DNA from: Candidatus Eiseniibacteriota bacterium | GTDB taxonomy: Bacteria; Arandabacterota; Arandabacteria; Arandabacterales; Arandabacteraceae | Length of the DNA stretch: 24,976 bases | Direction: 5' to 3' | NCBI GenBank assembly: GCA_043810925.1 | Contig: JBDRNT010000173.1 | Coordinates: forward strand, 1-24,976 | Part shown: piece by piece, positions 1-9,686 of the stretch | How the letters are laid out: the number at the start of each line of letters is the position of its first letter | How positions within the stretch are numbered: position 1 is the first letter of the stretch | Translations under genes and position numbers: made by a program | The notes under the pieces: model-generated | Seen by the model: only the letters and a program-made list of their open reading frames with translations | What the model was told of the DNA's origin: nothing | The model's database searches: none

Positions 1-313
1 GGTGCGGATAGAGGGCACCCAGACGGAGCGCAAGGTAGCGTTCGGTCTTGGTCCCATTGCTCCCAACCCGTTTGTTGACGGCACATCGGTGAAGTTTAGT
101 ATGGCGCGCAGTGCAGCGGTGACCTTGAGCATCTATAATGTCAATGGCCAGTTGGTCAGGACGCTTGTGGATGGCGAGATGTCGGCCGGTGAGCATCAGA
201 TGACGTGGGACGGCAGCGACATGGCAGGGCATGAGGCAGCACGCGGTGTCTACTTCTGTCGCATGGCCACTGAGGACTTTACAGCTACAACGAAGGTCCT
301 GAGGATGCAGTAG
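1..313 (+). CDS. 3' end of a secreted protein with a C-terminal FlgD-Ig / T9SS type A-like sorting domain (5' truncated by the window)
   Basis: PNPF...V(K)FS...VTLSIYNVNGQLVRTLVDG...GEHQMTWDGSD..G...ARGVYFCRM...K is the typical FlgD_ig/Por secretion-tail pattern. Stop TAG at 311-313. Confidence 0.8.
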   Translation, partial: VRIEGTQTERKVAFGLGPIAPNPFVDGTSVKFSMARSAAVTLSIYNVNGQLVRTLVDGEMSAGEHQMTWDGSDMAGHEAARGVYFCRMATEDFTATTKVLRMQ

Positions 314-356
314 GACTTTGCGGTAGAGCGTTAGTTACCGCACAGGCAGACAGAGC

Positions 357-404
357 GGGGGGCACGCCCACGAAGCGTGCCCCCTTGCGCTTGAGTCTTG
401 CTTT
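357..404 (+). terminator. GC-rich hairpin, probable intrinsic terminator
   Basis: GGGGGCACGC (358-367), 7-nt loop, GCGTGCCCCC (375-384) form a perfect 10-bp stem followed by an interrupted T-rich tract. A second stem, TGCGGTA (319-325)/TACCGCA (336-342), lies just upstream. Confidence 0.6.
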
Positions 405-427
405 TGAATATGGGGCAGCTTTATGAT
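398..427 (+). promoter_or_regulatory. possible sigma70 promoter of the cohesin-like gene
   Basis: TTGCTT (398-403)-N18-TATGAT (422-427), upstream of the SD GGAGGT at 435-440. Confidence 0.35.
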
Positions 428-446
428 TGGTGAGGGAGGTGGCGTG

Positions 447-1247
447 ATGAATTCAGCAAGAACGGTACTGGTGTCGGTCGGCTTCTGTATGCTCCTGGGA
501 TTTCTCTTCTGCGCACGGGCGGCCAACGGAACCATCGAGCTCACGGTACCTGATACGTGTGCTATTCAGGGGGATACGCTCTGGCTGCCCATCTATACTA
601 CGGATGTTACGGATTCGGGCGTGCTGGGGTTCGATCTCGACGTCAAGTATGACTCCAACTTTGTCGAGATCGAGGACGTGACCACGGTCGGGTCCATGTC
701 CGAGGTATGGGGTGACGGTTTTCTCATATGGAACGTGCTTGGGGGCCAGGACACACTGAGAATCGGATGCGCCGGGTTCGGCACCCCGCTCACGGGCGAG
801 GGCATCCTGATCTTTATCGGTATGAGGATACTTCCTAGCGCCCCGGGGGATTCCACGGCCCAAATCATTGTCACCGAGGCCATACTCCGGGACGACCCGG
901 AGAAGCCACCGGTAGTGACATATCCCGGTTCGCTCACCATCGGGTGTGGCGCCGGCATAGATCCCGTGGATGATGATTCGCAGTCGCTCAGGATCCAGCG
1001 GATGGGCCCATCCACGATAAAGTGGTGTCTTGAATCGGATGACGACGATTCGAGCGGGGATCTCAGGATCTACAGCGCACGGGGACGGCTCATAACAACC
1101 ATCAAGCGGGAGCAGTCCGAGGGAGCCTCATTATATACCTGGAACGGCCGGGAGCGCTCGGGCAGAGATGTGGCAGGGGGAATATACTTCTACGAGATCA
1201 AATCGGGACGACGCCGCTGGACCGGAAAGGTCCATATTTTAAGGTAG
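447..1247 (+). CDS. secreted protein: signal peptide, cohesin-like domain, C-terminal FlgD-Ig/sorting domain
   Basis: SD GGAGGT at 435-440 precedes ATG 447. Hydrophobic signal peptide ends ARAANG. IELTVPD...GDTLWLPI...GVLGFDLDVKYDSNFVEI...TLRIG...LTGEGIL is a cohesin-like pattern. The C-terminus reads LRIYSARGRLI...TWNGR..SGRDVAGGIYFY...GKVHILR. Confidence 0.65.
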   Translation: MNSARTVLVSVGFCMLLGFLFCARAANGTIELTVPDTCAIQGDTLWLPIYTTDVTDSGVLGFDLDVKYDSNFVEIEDVTTVGSMSEVWGDGFLIWNVLGGQDTLRIGCAGFGTPLTGEGILIFIGMRILPSAPGDSTAQIIVTEAILRDDPEKPPVVTYPGSLTIGCGAGIDPVDDDSQSLRIQRMGPSTIKWCLESDDDDSSGDLRIYSARGRLITTIKREQSEGASLYTWNGRERSGRDVAGGIYFYEIKSGRRRWTGKVHILR

Positions 1248-1274
1248 TCATAGCGAACTCGACCCAAAAAGCGT

Positions 1275-1304
1275 TTGACTCCCCTCCTACTATCCACATA
1301 CAAT
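1275..1304 (+). promoter_or_regulatory. sigma70-type promoter of the pcc-mcm-mce operon
   Basis: TTGACT (1275-1280)-N18-TACAAT (1299-1304) in the intergenic region. Confidence 0.7.
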
Positions 1305-1381
1305 AGCAGGGATTGTGTCACTTCTGTATTCTGGAATTCTGTGCGTGAAGGGGTGGCAAACTCACATATGCCAGGAGGTAG

Positions 1382-2947
1382 GTGATCGCCTTGGGTAAAA
1401 CAACCCAGGATAGGATTGATGAACTTAGGCAAAAGAAGGAAAAGGTCGAACTCGGTGGTGGAAAGGCAAGAATAGAGAAGCTTCACGATGCCGGCAAACT
1501 GGCCGCAAGAGAGAGAATCCACCTCCTGCTTGACGAAGGCAGTTTCCAGGAACTGGGTGTATTCGTAACCCACCGTTGTCAGGATTTCGGTATGCCCGAC
1601 CGGAAGGTAGTCGGAGATGGTGTGGTATCGGGCCACGGCACGATCGCCGGTCGGAAGGTATTCATATTCGCTCAGGACTTCACCGTTTTCGGCGGGACAA
1701 TGGGTGAGATGAATGCCAAGAAGATATGCCAGATAATGGACCTGGCGATGGAGAACGGTGCTCCTATCATTGGTCTCAACGATTCGGGAGGAGCCCGCAT
1801 CCAGGAGGGCGTTGCAAGTCTCGGCGGCTACGCGGATGTCTTCCTGAGAAACACGCTCGCCTCGGGTGTGGTCCCACAGATATCGGCAATCCTCGGACCG
1901 TGCGCCGGAGGGGCGGTCTACTCCCCCGCCATAACCGACTTCATCTTCATGGTGAAGACCACGAGTCACATGTTTATCACGGGACCCAATGTAATAAGAT
2001 CGGTGACCGGAGAAGAGGTCACTTTCGAGGAGCTCGGCGGAGCCCTGACGCACGCCACCAAGAGCGGGGTTGCCCATTTCGCGTGCGAGGACGAACACGA
2101 TTGCTTTGCGCGTATGAAGAAACTGCTGAGTTTCCTCCCCCAGAACAACCTTGACGATCCTCCGAGAATAGAACCGTCGGACAGCCCCGATAGAAGAGAG
2201 AAGGGTCTTGATGGGATAGTGCCGGACTCACCGACCAAACCCTATGACATGCTTGAAGTGATACGCCTTGTGATCGATGACGGGGATTTCCTCGAGGTGC
2301 ATGATCATTATGCGGGGAATCTTCTTGTCGGGTTTGCACGACTCAACGGTATCCCGGTAGGCGTGGTGGCACAGCAACCCAAGGTGCTGGCAGGTACACT
2401 GGACATCGCCTCGTCGGGCAAAGGCGCCCGGTTCGTGAGATTCTGTGACGCATTTAATATCCCTATTGTGACATTTGAAGACGTCCCCGGCTTTCTCCCC
2501 GGAACAGAACAGGAATACGGCGGCATAATAAAGCACGGTGCCAAACTGCTCTTCGCATACTGCGAAGCGACAGTCCCGAAACTCACGGTCATAACGAGGA
2601 AGGCATACGGTGGGGCTTACGACGTGATGTCGTCCAGACACATAGGGGGAGATTACAACATAGCATGGCCGACTGCGGAACTCGCGGTGATGGGTCCGGA
2701 TGGTGCCGTCAACATAGTCTACCGGAAGGACATTGAGCAGGCCAAGGACCCCGAGGCGACCAGAAAAGGGTTCATCGACGACTACGAGGAGAAGTTTGCT
2801 AATCCCTATGTCGCGGCATCGCTAGGCTATATCGACGACGTTCTGGTGCCTTCCGAAACAAGACCCGCCCTGATAAAGGCCCTCGAGATGTTGATGAATA
2901 AGCGCCAGACGCTGCCGCGGAAGAAGCACGGCAACATTCCGCTATAG
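1382..2947 (+). CDS. pccB: acyl-CoA carboxylase carboxyltransferase subunit (propionyl-CoA carboxylase beta / methylmalonyl-CoA carboxyltransferase family)
   Basis: Motifs [54 protein letters not shown] and C-terminal KKHGNIPL. The true start may be TTG 1391, which is better spaced from the SD. Confidence 0.93.
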   Translation: MIALGKTTQDRIDELRQKKEKVELGGGKARIEKLHDAGKLAARERIHLLLDEGSFQELGVFVTHRCQDFGMPDRKVVGDGVVSGHGTIAGRKVFIFAQDFTVFGGTMGEMNAKKICQIMDLAMENGAPIIGLNDSGGARIQEGVASLGGYADVFLRNTLASGVVPQISAILGPCAGGAVYSPAITDFIFMVKTTSHMFITGPNVIRSVTGEEVTFEELGGALTHATKSGVAHFACEDEHDCFARMKKLLSFLPQNNLDDPPRIEPSDSPDRREKGLDGIVPDSPTKPYDMLEVIRLVIDDGDFLEVHDHYAGNLLVGFARLNGIPVGVVAQQPKVLAGTLDIASSGKGARFVRFCDAFNIPIVTFEDVPGFLPGTEQEYGGIIKHGAKLLFAYCEATVPKLTVITRKAYGGAYDVMSSRHIGGDYNIAWPTAELAVMGPDGAVNIVYRKDIEQAKDPEATRKGFIDDYEEKFANPYVAASLGYIDDVLVPSETRPALIKALEMLMNKRQTLPRKKHGNIPL

Positions 2948-2967
2948 GACCGGGAGGTAGTTCCGGA

Positions 2968-4479
2968 TTGAAGAAAAAGCCCAGACTTTTCAAGAAGGTA
3001 CTCGTCGCCAACAGAGGAGAAATCGCAATCCGGGTCGCCCGGGCTCTGAGGGAGATGGGAATCGAGTGTGTCTGTGTCTACTCCGACGCTGACAGACTCT
3101 CCTCACACATTGCGTTCGCAGACGAGGCGTACCTGATCGGGCCCGCGCCGGCTGCCCAGAGCTACCTGAACATAGACCGGATAATCGAGACCGCGAAGAA
3201 ATCGGGTTGTCAGGCAGTCCATCCCGGCTATGGTTTCCTCGCGGAGAGCCACGAGTTCGCTCGCGCCTGTGAAGATCAGGGTATTGTCTTCATCGGGCCG
3301 GATAGCAAGTCCATAGAAGAGATGGGTCTCAAGACGCAGGCACGGAAGATAATGAAGGACTCCGGTGTACCCTTGATCCCCGGGGGCGATGAGCCGTTGT
3401 CCGACGAGGCTGAGGCCATAACCCTGGCCGGGGAATTCGGGTATCCGGTGATAATCAAGGCTTCCGCAGGCGGCGGAGGCAAAGGCATGCGGATTGTAAG
3501 GACCCCGGAGGAAATGAAGCCCGCTTTCAGGAACGCAAGGAACGAGGCCGAGGCGGCCTTCGGCAACCCCGCAATATACATTGAGAAGTACATCGACAGA
3601 CCCAGGCACATCGAGGTGCAGATCCTCGCAGATAACTACGGTAACATGGTCTACCTTGGAGAACGGGAATGTTCCATCCAGAGGAGATACCAGAAACTCA
3701 TAGAGGAATCCCCGTCTCCTGCGATCGACTCGAAAACGAGGAAACAGCTGGGAGAGACTGCGATCAAGGCGGCCGAGGCAACGGCATACAGAAATGCGGG
3801 TACGGTCGAGTTTATTCTCGACCAGTCGGGGAGCTTCTACTTTCTGGAGGTGAACACCAGGCTCCAGGTCGAGCATCCTGTGACCGAACTCACCACAGGC
3901 ATTGATCTGGTCAGGGAACAGATCCGGATAGCCTCCGGTTTCCCTCTTGACATCAAGCAGAAAGATATCAAGCCTCAAGGCTCGGCGATTGAATGCCGGA
4001 TATATGCCGAAGACCCATCTAATGACTTCCTTCCATCGCTGGGGAAGATAAGCAGACTGCGTAACCCTGCCGGCCCGTGGGTGAGGATCGAGAGCTATGT
4101 CTACGAAGGTTACGATGTGCCCGTTTACTACGATCCACTGATTGCGAAGTTGATAACCTGGGGACAGACGAGACCGGAAGCATTGGAGAGAATGGGGAGG
4201 GCCCTTGAGGAATATGTCATAGAGGGAATTGAAACAACGATCCCATTTCACATTTGGGTTATCAGGGATGAGAATTTCAGGAAGGGTGATTTCAGTACGT
4301 CCTATATAGACGAGCACTATACGGGCAAGCCGACCGATGAACACCGGAAGATCCCTTCCGATGTCGCGCTGATCGCAGCGGCGATAAGCCGCGTGGAGTC
4401 TACCGCGGTCCCGAAGACGAGGCATGCAGGAAGCACCAACCGGTGGAAGGATACGTCAAGGAGGGAAGGCGTGTCGTGA
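2968..4479 (+). CDS. accC: biotin carboxylase subunit of an acyl-CoA carboxylase
   Basis: Motifs KVLVANRGEIA, HPGYGFLAE, GGGGKGMR, ERECSIQRR, EVNTRLQVEHPVTE, ECRIYAEDP, YYDPLIAKL. TTG start after SD GGAGGT at 2953-2958. Confidence 0.93.
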   Translation: MKKKPRLFKKVLVANRGEIAIRVARALREMGIECVCVYSDADRLSSHIAFADEAYLIGPAPAAQSYLNIDRIIETAKKSGCQAVHPGYGFLAESHEFARACEDQGIVFIGPDSKSIEEMGLKTQARKIMKDSGVPLIPGGDEPLSDEAEAITLAGEFGYPVIIKASAGGGGKGMRIVRTPEEMKPAFRNARNEAEAAFGNPAIYIEKYIDRPRHIEVQILADNYGNMVYLGERECSIQRRYQKLIEESPSPAIDSKTRKQLGETAIKAAEATAYRNAGTVEFILDQSGSFYFLEVNTRLQVEHPVTELTTGIDLVREQIRIASGFPLDIKQKDIKPQGSAIECRIYAEDPSNDFLPSLGKISRLRNPAGPWVRIESYVYEGYDVPVYYDPLIAKLITWGQTRPEALERMGRALEEYVIEGIETTIPFHIWVIRDENFRKGDFSTSYIDEHYTGKPTDEHRKIPSDVALIAAAISRVESTAVPKTRHAGSTNRWKDTSRREGVS

Positions 4480-4985
4480 TATACTACGCTTCCGTAAACG
4501 GCAAAGATGCGAAGATCAAGATTGAGAAGAAAAACGGCTTGTATGTCGTCGAGATCGATGATCGCTCCTACGTCGTTGACAGGCAGCATATTGAGAGCCC
4601 GAACACCTTGTCTCTTCTGGTTGACGACAAGTGCTACGAGGCGAGCGTGACCAGGAGTGACAAGACGTCGCTTGTCTGCATATCGGGCGAGAAGTTTGAC
4701 GTAAGTCTGAAGGACGAGTTGGAGTACCGCAGTGCATCTCCATCCCCTCGTCATACCGGTTTTGAGAGCGAGGAGATCAGAGCTCCGATGCCGGGAATTG
4801 TGGTGTGTGTGGAGGTAGAGAAAGGCCAGAGGGTTCACGCCGGAACGGCGGCTGTCATAGTCGAGGCCATGAAAATGCAGAATGAGATCTCGGCCGCTGC
4901 CGGCGGGACGGTGAAGGAAATACTCGTCCAAAAAGGTGATATTGTTGATTCCAGACAGGTGCTTGTTGTTATAGATCGAGGCTAG
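4476..4985 (+). CDS. biotin carboxyl carrier protein with an N-terminal beta-rich (BT-like) domain
   Basis: APMPG and the biotinylation motif [11 protein letters not shown] 4476 overlaps the accC stop (GTGA), with GGAGG upstream. Confidence 0.88.
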   Translation: MIYYASVNGKDAKIKIEKKNGLYVVEIDDRSYVVDRQHIESPNTLSLLVDDKCYEASVTRSDKTSLVCISGEKFDVSLKDELEYRSASPSPRHTGFESEEIRAPMPGIVVCVEVEKGQRVHAGTAAVIVEAMKMQNEISAAAGGTVKEILVQKGDIVDSRQVLVVIDRG

Positions 4986-5017
4986 GCAGCAATCGGAGGC
5001 TGACGTCGGGACACTCC

Positions 5018-6661
5018 ATGGATCGTAAGGATGCCGAGAAAGACCACACGCCGGCTGAGCACCTGAAGCACTCTCCGGAAACCGGTAAGGATCGAAGGAC
5101 AACCTCAGGGATTCCAATAGAGACAGTCTACTTCCCCACTGATGTCGATGCGGACGACACTCCAAGCCTGGGCTTTCCCGGGGAGTATCCGTTCGCCAGA
5201 GGCATATACCCCGACATGTACAGGGGCCGGCTCTGGACCTTCAGGCAGTACGCGGGCTTCGGGACGTGCGAAGAGACCAATGAGCGTTTCAAGTATCTCC
5301 TGAGCCGTGGGCAGACAGGGCTTTCGGTCGCGTTCGATCTGCCGACTCAGATGGGTTATGACTCGGATGACCCGCTGTCGGAGGGCGAAGTGGGCAAGGC
5401 AGGGGTTGCGATCGATTCGGTCGAAGATATGGACAGACTCTTTGCCGACATTCCCCTGGATAGCGTGAGCACTTCGATGACGATAAATTCCACGGCACCG
5501 GTGATCCTGGGGATGTTTGTCGTTGTCGCGGAGGCCCGAGGGATTGACAGAAAGACCCTGACCGGCACGGTTCAGAATGATGTTCTCAAGGAGTACATCG
5601 CAAGAGGCACATACATCTATCCGCCCGAACCTTCGCTCAAACTCACGACCGACATATTCTCCTTCTGTGGCAGGCACATGCCCAGGTGGAACACGATTTC
5701 GGTGAGCGGATATCATATAAGGGAGGCGGGCTCCACGGCGGTTCAGGAAATCGCGTTCACGCTCGCAAACGCCATGACCTACGTCGAGCATGCGATTGAG
5801 GCGGGTCTCGATGTCGATGATTTTGCCCCGCGAATGTCGTTCTTCTTCAATGCTCATAACAACATTCTTGAAGAGATCGCCAAGTACAGGGCGGCTAGAA
5901 GGCTATGGGCGCGCATCGTCAGGGAGAGATTCGGTGCGAAGAAGAAGAAATCCTGGATGCTGCGCTTCCATACGCAGACAGGCGGATCGACGCTTACGGC
6001 TCAGCAACCGCTCAACAACGTTGTCAGGGTGACCCTCCAGGCACTGGCTGCCGTGCTGGGTGGGACTCAGTCCCTGCACACGAACAGCTTCGATGAGGCC
6101 CTCTCGCTTCCCACCGAGCAGGCCGTGAGGGTGGCGCTCAGAACGCAGCAGATCATAGCGCACGAAAGCGGTGTGACGGACACGGTTGATCCGCTGGGAG
6201 GCGCGTATTTCATTGAGAGACTTACGGATGAAATAGAACGACGCGCAAGCGAGTACATAGAGCGAATCGAGTCGATGGGTGGTGTCATAAAGGCGATCGA
6301 GACGGGGTTCATGAAGCGCGAGATCGAAACCAGTGCATACGATTACCAGAGATCCATCGAAGCCGGACAGCGCGTCGTCGTCGGGGTGAACAGCTTCACG
6401 GGCGAGGATGAGCAGCTCCCGACGCTCAAGGTCGACCCGGCCACTGAGGAGGAACAGAAGTCGCGACTCTCGGCCTTGAAGAAGAGCAGGTCAACCACGG
6501 ATGTGAGCAAGTGCCTGGGGGCGATCGAATCGGCTGCGCGAAGCGGGGACAACCTTCTTGAACTCATTATTGAAGCGGCCCGGAAGAGGGTCACACTCCA
6601 GGAGATGTGTGATGTGCTCAGGCGAGTTTACGGGACATTTGAAGAGGCAGGCAGGATATGA
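5018..6661 (+). CDS. methylmalonyl-CoA mutase, substrate-binding large subunit (no fused B12 domain)
   Basis: Motifs [68 protein letters not shown]. It carries the Tyr (5249-5251) and Arg (5603-5605) determinants of MCM. Confidence 0.9.
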   Translation: MDRKDAEKDHTPAEHLKHSPETGKDRRTTSGIPIETVYFPTDVDADDTPSLGFPGEYPFARGIYPDMYRGRLWTFRQYAGFGTCEETNERFKYLLSRGQTGLSVAFDLPTQMGYDSDDPLSEGEVGKAGVAIDSVEDMDRLFADIPLDSVSTSMTINSTAPVILGMFVVVAEARGIDRKTLTGTVQNDVLKEYIARGTYIYPPEPSLKLTTDIFSFCGRHMPRWNTISVSGYHIREAGSTAVQEIAFTLANAMTYVEHAIEAGLDVDDFAPRMSFFFNAHNNILEEIAKYRAARRLWARIVRERFGAKKKKSWMLRFHTQTGGSTLTAQQPLNNVVRVTLQALAAVLGGTQSLHTNSFDEALSLPTEQAVRVALRTQQIIAHESGVTDTVDPLGGAYFIERLTDEIERRASEYIERIESMGGVIKAIETGFMKREIETSAYDYQRSIEAGQRVVVGVNSFTGEDEQLPTLKVDPATEEEQKSRLSALKKSRSTTDVSKCLGAIESAARSGDNLLELIIEAARKRVTLQEMCDVLRRVYGTFEEAGRI

Positions 6662-7065
6662 AGATCCTCGGAGTGGAACACATCGGTATCGCGGTAGACG
6701 GACTTGACGAGTGCATTGAGAAGTTTGAGAACGCCCTCAACCTCAAGTGCGAGGGCAGGGAAACGATAGAGGCCTCGGGAGTCGAGGTTGCGTTCTTTGG
6801 ATGCGGCTCAAGCAAAATAGAGTTGGTGACTCCGGCGGGAGCAGCGAGCCCGATAGGCTCCTTTCTTTCGAAACGCGGTAATGCGATACACCATATTTGT
6901 CTCAGGGTTGAAGGGATTGATGATTGGCTTGCATATCTCAAACAGATCGGGGTCGAACTCATAGACACCGTTCCAAGGCAAGGAGCATCGGGCAAACGGG
7001 TTGCTTTCATCAGCCCGAGATCGATGTGCAATATTCTGATTGAGCTCAGCGAGGATACGCCATGA
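6658..7065 (+). CDS. mce: methylmalonyl-CoA epimerase (VOC family)
   Basis: Motifs [31 protein letters not shown] supply the H/H/E metal ligands. ATGA overlap with the mutase stop. Confidence 0.9.
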   Translation: MKILGVEHIGIAVDGLDECIEKFENALNLKCEGRETIEASGVEVAFFGCGSSKIELVTPAGAASPIGSFLSKRGNAIHHICLRVEGIDDWLAYLKQIGVELIDTVPRQGASGKRVAFISPRSMCNILIELSEDTP

Positions 7066-7883
7066 GACTCATACGTATTAGCCTTACGATCCTGCTCGCA
7101 CTTGCGGCCACAGTGGGATGCGGCCGCAAGACCGAGATTGAAGAGTTCAAGGCACGCTGGATTAGGCTTAAGCACACACCGATAGAAGAGGCCAGGGTGG
7201 GAGTCGACGCGCCCGTGACGGCGGACACCGAGGTCTCACCGGACGTGACCGACATACAGTTGTTCCTCTACTACAGCCGCGACTCGGAGCCCCATGAAGT
7301 TGTTCCGATGAAATTGCTTGATGCCGGGAAGTACTTCGCCTCGATCCCATCGCATAAACGGGGTACGCTGATCGAGTATTATGTAGAAGCACGCGCGGGC
7401 GCGGATCTCGTTGTCCGGGTGCCCGGTGAGAAGACCGGACCGGGTTTCTCCTTCTACTATAAGGGCGCTCCGAATCGCATCCTTCTCATAATCCACATAG
7501 TCCTCATGTTTGTCTCAATAGCCATTTTCCTGCTCTCCGGTTACCTGGCATTCAAGGCAATCAGGGACAGGAAGATCACCATGCGCATACCCAGACTTGC
7601 ATTCCTGGGCAGCGTCGTGTTCTTTGTATCGAGTTTTCCTCTGGGCATGATCGTTGCCCATCAGACTTTCGGAAAACCATGGACGGGCTTTCCCCTGGGT
7701 ACCGACCTTACGGATAATAAGTCACTAGCAATCGTCCTTTACTGGGCTGCTGCGGCTTTTCTGTACAGAGGCTCGGTGTTTAGAAGAGACCCCAGCACGG
7801 ATGTGCTGTCCATGAGGGCACTGCCCTATGTCTACATCGCAGGGGTGATCATCACGGCTGTGCTGTTTCTGATCCCGCACTGA
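7062..7883 (+). CDS. uncharacterised membrane protein: lipoprotein-like signal, extracytoplasmic beta domain, about 4 C-terminal TM helices
   Basis: [20 protein letters not shown] resembles a lipobox. A beta-rich segment follows (HTP...LFLYY...YFASIP...IEYYVEA), then four hydrophobic stretches. ATGA overlap with mce. Confidence 0.75.
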   Translation: MRLIRISLTILLALAATVGCGRKTEIEEFKARWIRLKHTPIEEARVGVDAPVTADTEVSPDVTDIQLFLYYSRDSEPHEVVPMKLLDAGKYFASIPSHKRGTLIEYYVEARAGADLVVRVPGEKTGPGFSFYYKGAPNRILLIIHIVLMFVSIAIFLLSGYLAFKAIRDRKITMRIPRLAFLGSVVFFVSSFPLGMIVAHQTFGKPWTGFPLGTDLTDNKSLAIVLYWAAAAFLYRGSVFRRDPSTDVLSMRALPYVYIAGVIITAVLFLIPH

Positions 7884-7978
7884 GAACCCGGATGACTCCG
7901 TAGTTGTCACTAACTTCAACATCGTGGCTGACCGATACCATTTGAGTGGGGGCATCTCTGCAAACGTGATGGAGTAGT

Positions 7979-9661
7979 ATGCCGGAAAGCATGCAAAAGA
8001 CAGCAACGAAGACGGTCGACGACGTAGACGTGGCAACAATCGTCAAACAGATGGCCACAGTCCTTAAGAATATGAGGACGTACCGGCAAAACCACCCCGT
8101 CCTGCATAAGTCACTTGAGGTGTTGTACGGGAACATGACGTCGTTTCTGCAACGGCATGAATCTCTCACCCTTCTGGTGAAGGAACATGATCTCGTATAC
8201 GGAAGCAATGTTGTCTATACATCGGATGACAAGATGGAAAGCCTTGCGTTCTCACTCTTTAAAGATGGTGTAAGGCTCCTCAGTTTCAGGGACGGCATTC
8301 CACCGCGCGAGATGCACAGATTCATGAGCGCCCTGAATGATGCAAGAGATGCCGACCCCTACCAGGCCGACCTGGTGACCATCCTGTGGGAAAAGGACCT
8401 CGCATACATAAGCTACCGTGCCGTTGACGCGTATCTCGAGGATGAGGAGAAGAAGAAGATCGAGGCTATGGTTCAGAAGAGTACCGAGGAGCATGAGGAG
8501 ACGGCCCCGGAAGGAGAACAGGTCCCGGGCGACGACTTTTTCGCTAAGGAGCTGGGGTTTTCCCTGGAGCAGAAGACGGTCCGATCCAGACGCCGCCAGA
8601 ACCGGTTCCGTGAGGCCGAGGCAAGGAGAATCGTCCGTGAGATACTCGACGAGGAAGATCAGTCCATCCTCAGGAGATGCAGTGAGATCTGCCTCGAGAT
8701 ACTCAACCTCAAACCGCGGGAGGACACCTTTAACCGGGTGGTGAGCTTCCTGGGAAGAATCTCCGACTGGTTGGCATCGTCCGGAGATTATCTGTCCGCC
8801 TGCACCATTGTTTCGGACCTTCGTTCAATCGCCGTTCGCAACGACCTGGCGGAATCGTCAAGGTCCAGCATCATGGATACGATCGAGACCCTGGGTGAAG
8901 CCAGAAAGATCCGCCACCTGGGAGAGAAGCTGGAACAGCTGTCAGAACCTCAGGCGGAGGAGATATTTGCGTATCTTGTACTGATGTCTCCTGTCGCCGT
9001 GGAGCCGCTTTGCGAAATCCTCGCGGAATGTGAGGTCAGAAAGATAAGGTACCTGCTCTGCAGGGCGATTTCGGTGATAGCCAAGAACGAGCCGATGCGG
9101 CTTCGCCATTTCATGCAGGACAAGAGATGGTTTTTCGTTCGAAACCTCGTGATGATCCTGGGCATGACATCCAATCCCGGGGGAATCCCGCTGCTTGCAA
9201 CCGCAGTCGGCCACTCTGAGGATAGGGTGAGACGAGAGGTCGCAAGATCTCTCGGCAGGATCCGGGATCCGCACGGCGTCGAACTCCTGAAGAGCCTTGT
9301 TACGGATGATAACAAGATGGTTCGCACCGCCGCACTTTCCGCAATGAGAGACATAGGCGCCGCCGATGGCCGCGAGGTGATCGAACCCCTGATAACCGAC
9401 AAGGCGTTCAACAAGAAGTCCCCGGATGAGCAGAGAGAGATAATGAGAACATACGGTAGTCTGGGCGAGGACGGGTTTGAGCTCCTTGAGGCAGTCCTCG
9501 ACGGCAGCATCAAGCACTTGGGTGAGAAGGCACGAGCCAGTGCCGTCTACGGAATCGCCATGATCCAGACAGGTGAAGCAATGCGGCTGCTGGCCGATCT
9601 CGCAGGTCACGGGGAGGGCCATATCAGAAGTGCAGCTGCCGAGGCATTTGCAACCATATAG
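7979..9661 (+). CDS. HEAT-repeat domain protein with an uncharacterised N-terminal domain
   Basis: C-terminal HEAT/PBS-like repeats: DKRWFFVRNLVMILG, HSEDRVRREVARSLGRI, DDNKMVRTAALSAMRDI, HIRSAAAEA. GGAG SD before ATG 7979. Confidence 0.8.
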   Translation: MPESMQKTATKTVDDVDVATIVKQMATVLKNMRTYRQNHPVLHKSLEVLYGNMTSFLQRHESLTLLVKEHDLVYGSNVVYTSDDKMESLAFSLFKDGVRLLSFRDGIPPREMHRFMSALNDARDADPYQADLVTILWEKDLAYISYRAVDAYLEDEEKKKIEAMVQKSTEEHEETAPEGEQVPGDDFFAKELGFSLEQKTVRSRRRQNRFREAEARRIVREILDEEDQSILRRCSEICLEILNLKPREDTFNRVVSFLGRISDWLASSGDYLSACTIVSDLRSIAVRNDLAESSRSSIMDTIETLGEARKIRHLGEKLEQLSEPQAEEIFAYLVLMSPVAVEPLCEILAECEVRKIRYLLCRAISVIAKNEPMRLRHFMQDKRWFFVRNLVMILGMTSNPGGIPLLATAVGHSEDRVRREVARSLGRIRDPHGVELLKSLVTDDNKMVRTAALSAMRDIGAADGREVIEPLITDKAFNKKSPDEQREIMRTYGSLGEDGFELLEAVLDGSIKHLGEKARASAVYGIAMIQTGEAMRLLADLAGHGEGHIRSAAAEAFATI

Positions 9662-9686
9662 GCCGACAGATACGGAGAGGATTGAG

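Noticed and set aside
1305..1372. Structured leader or c-di-GMP riboswitch before pccB (contains GGCAAAC)
   Set aside because: Only weak G-U-rich pairing is possible, and the GNRA-loop/ACGCAAA core of the c-di-GMP-I motif is missing.
3103..4425. 440-aa antisense ORF, and similar long antisense ORFs at 1190-2098, 17183-18295 and 19413-20717
   Set aside because: They lie opposite well-conserved enzymes and carry no recognisable motifs. Such shadows are expected from GC-rich codon bias.
1382..4985. Na+-pumping methylmalonyl-CoA decarboxylase or 3-methylcrotonyl-CoA carboxylase
   Set aside because: A biotin carboxylase is present and no membrane beta (OadB/MmdB) subunit is seen. The carboxyltransferase ends in the PccB-type KKHGNIPL and is linked to mcm/mce.
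9573..9686. N-terminal extensions in the ORF track (also at 423, 4443, 11107, 17139, 18292 and 22635)
   Set aside because: Most overlap upstream genes or lack an SD. Downstream starts fit SD position and family length better.
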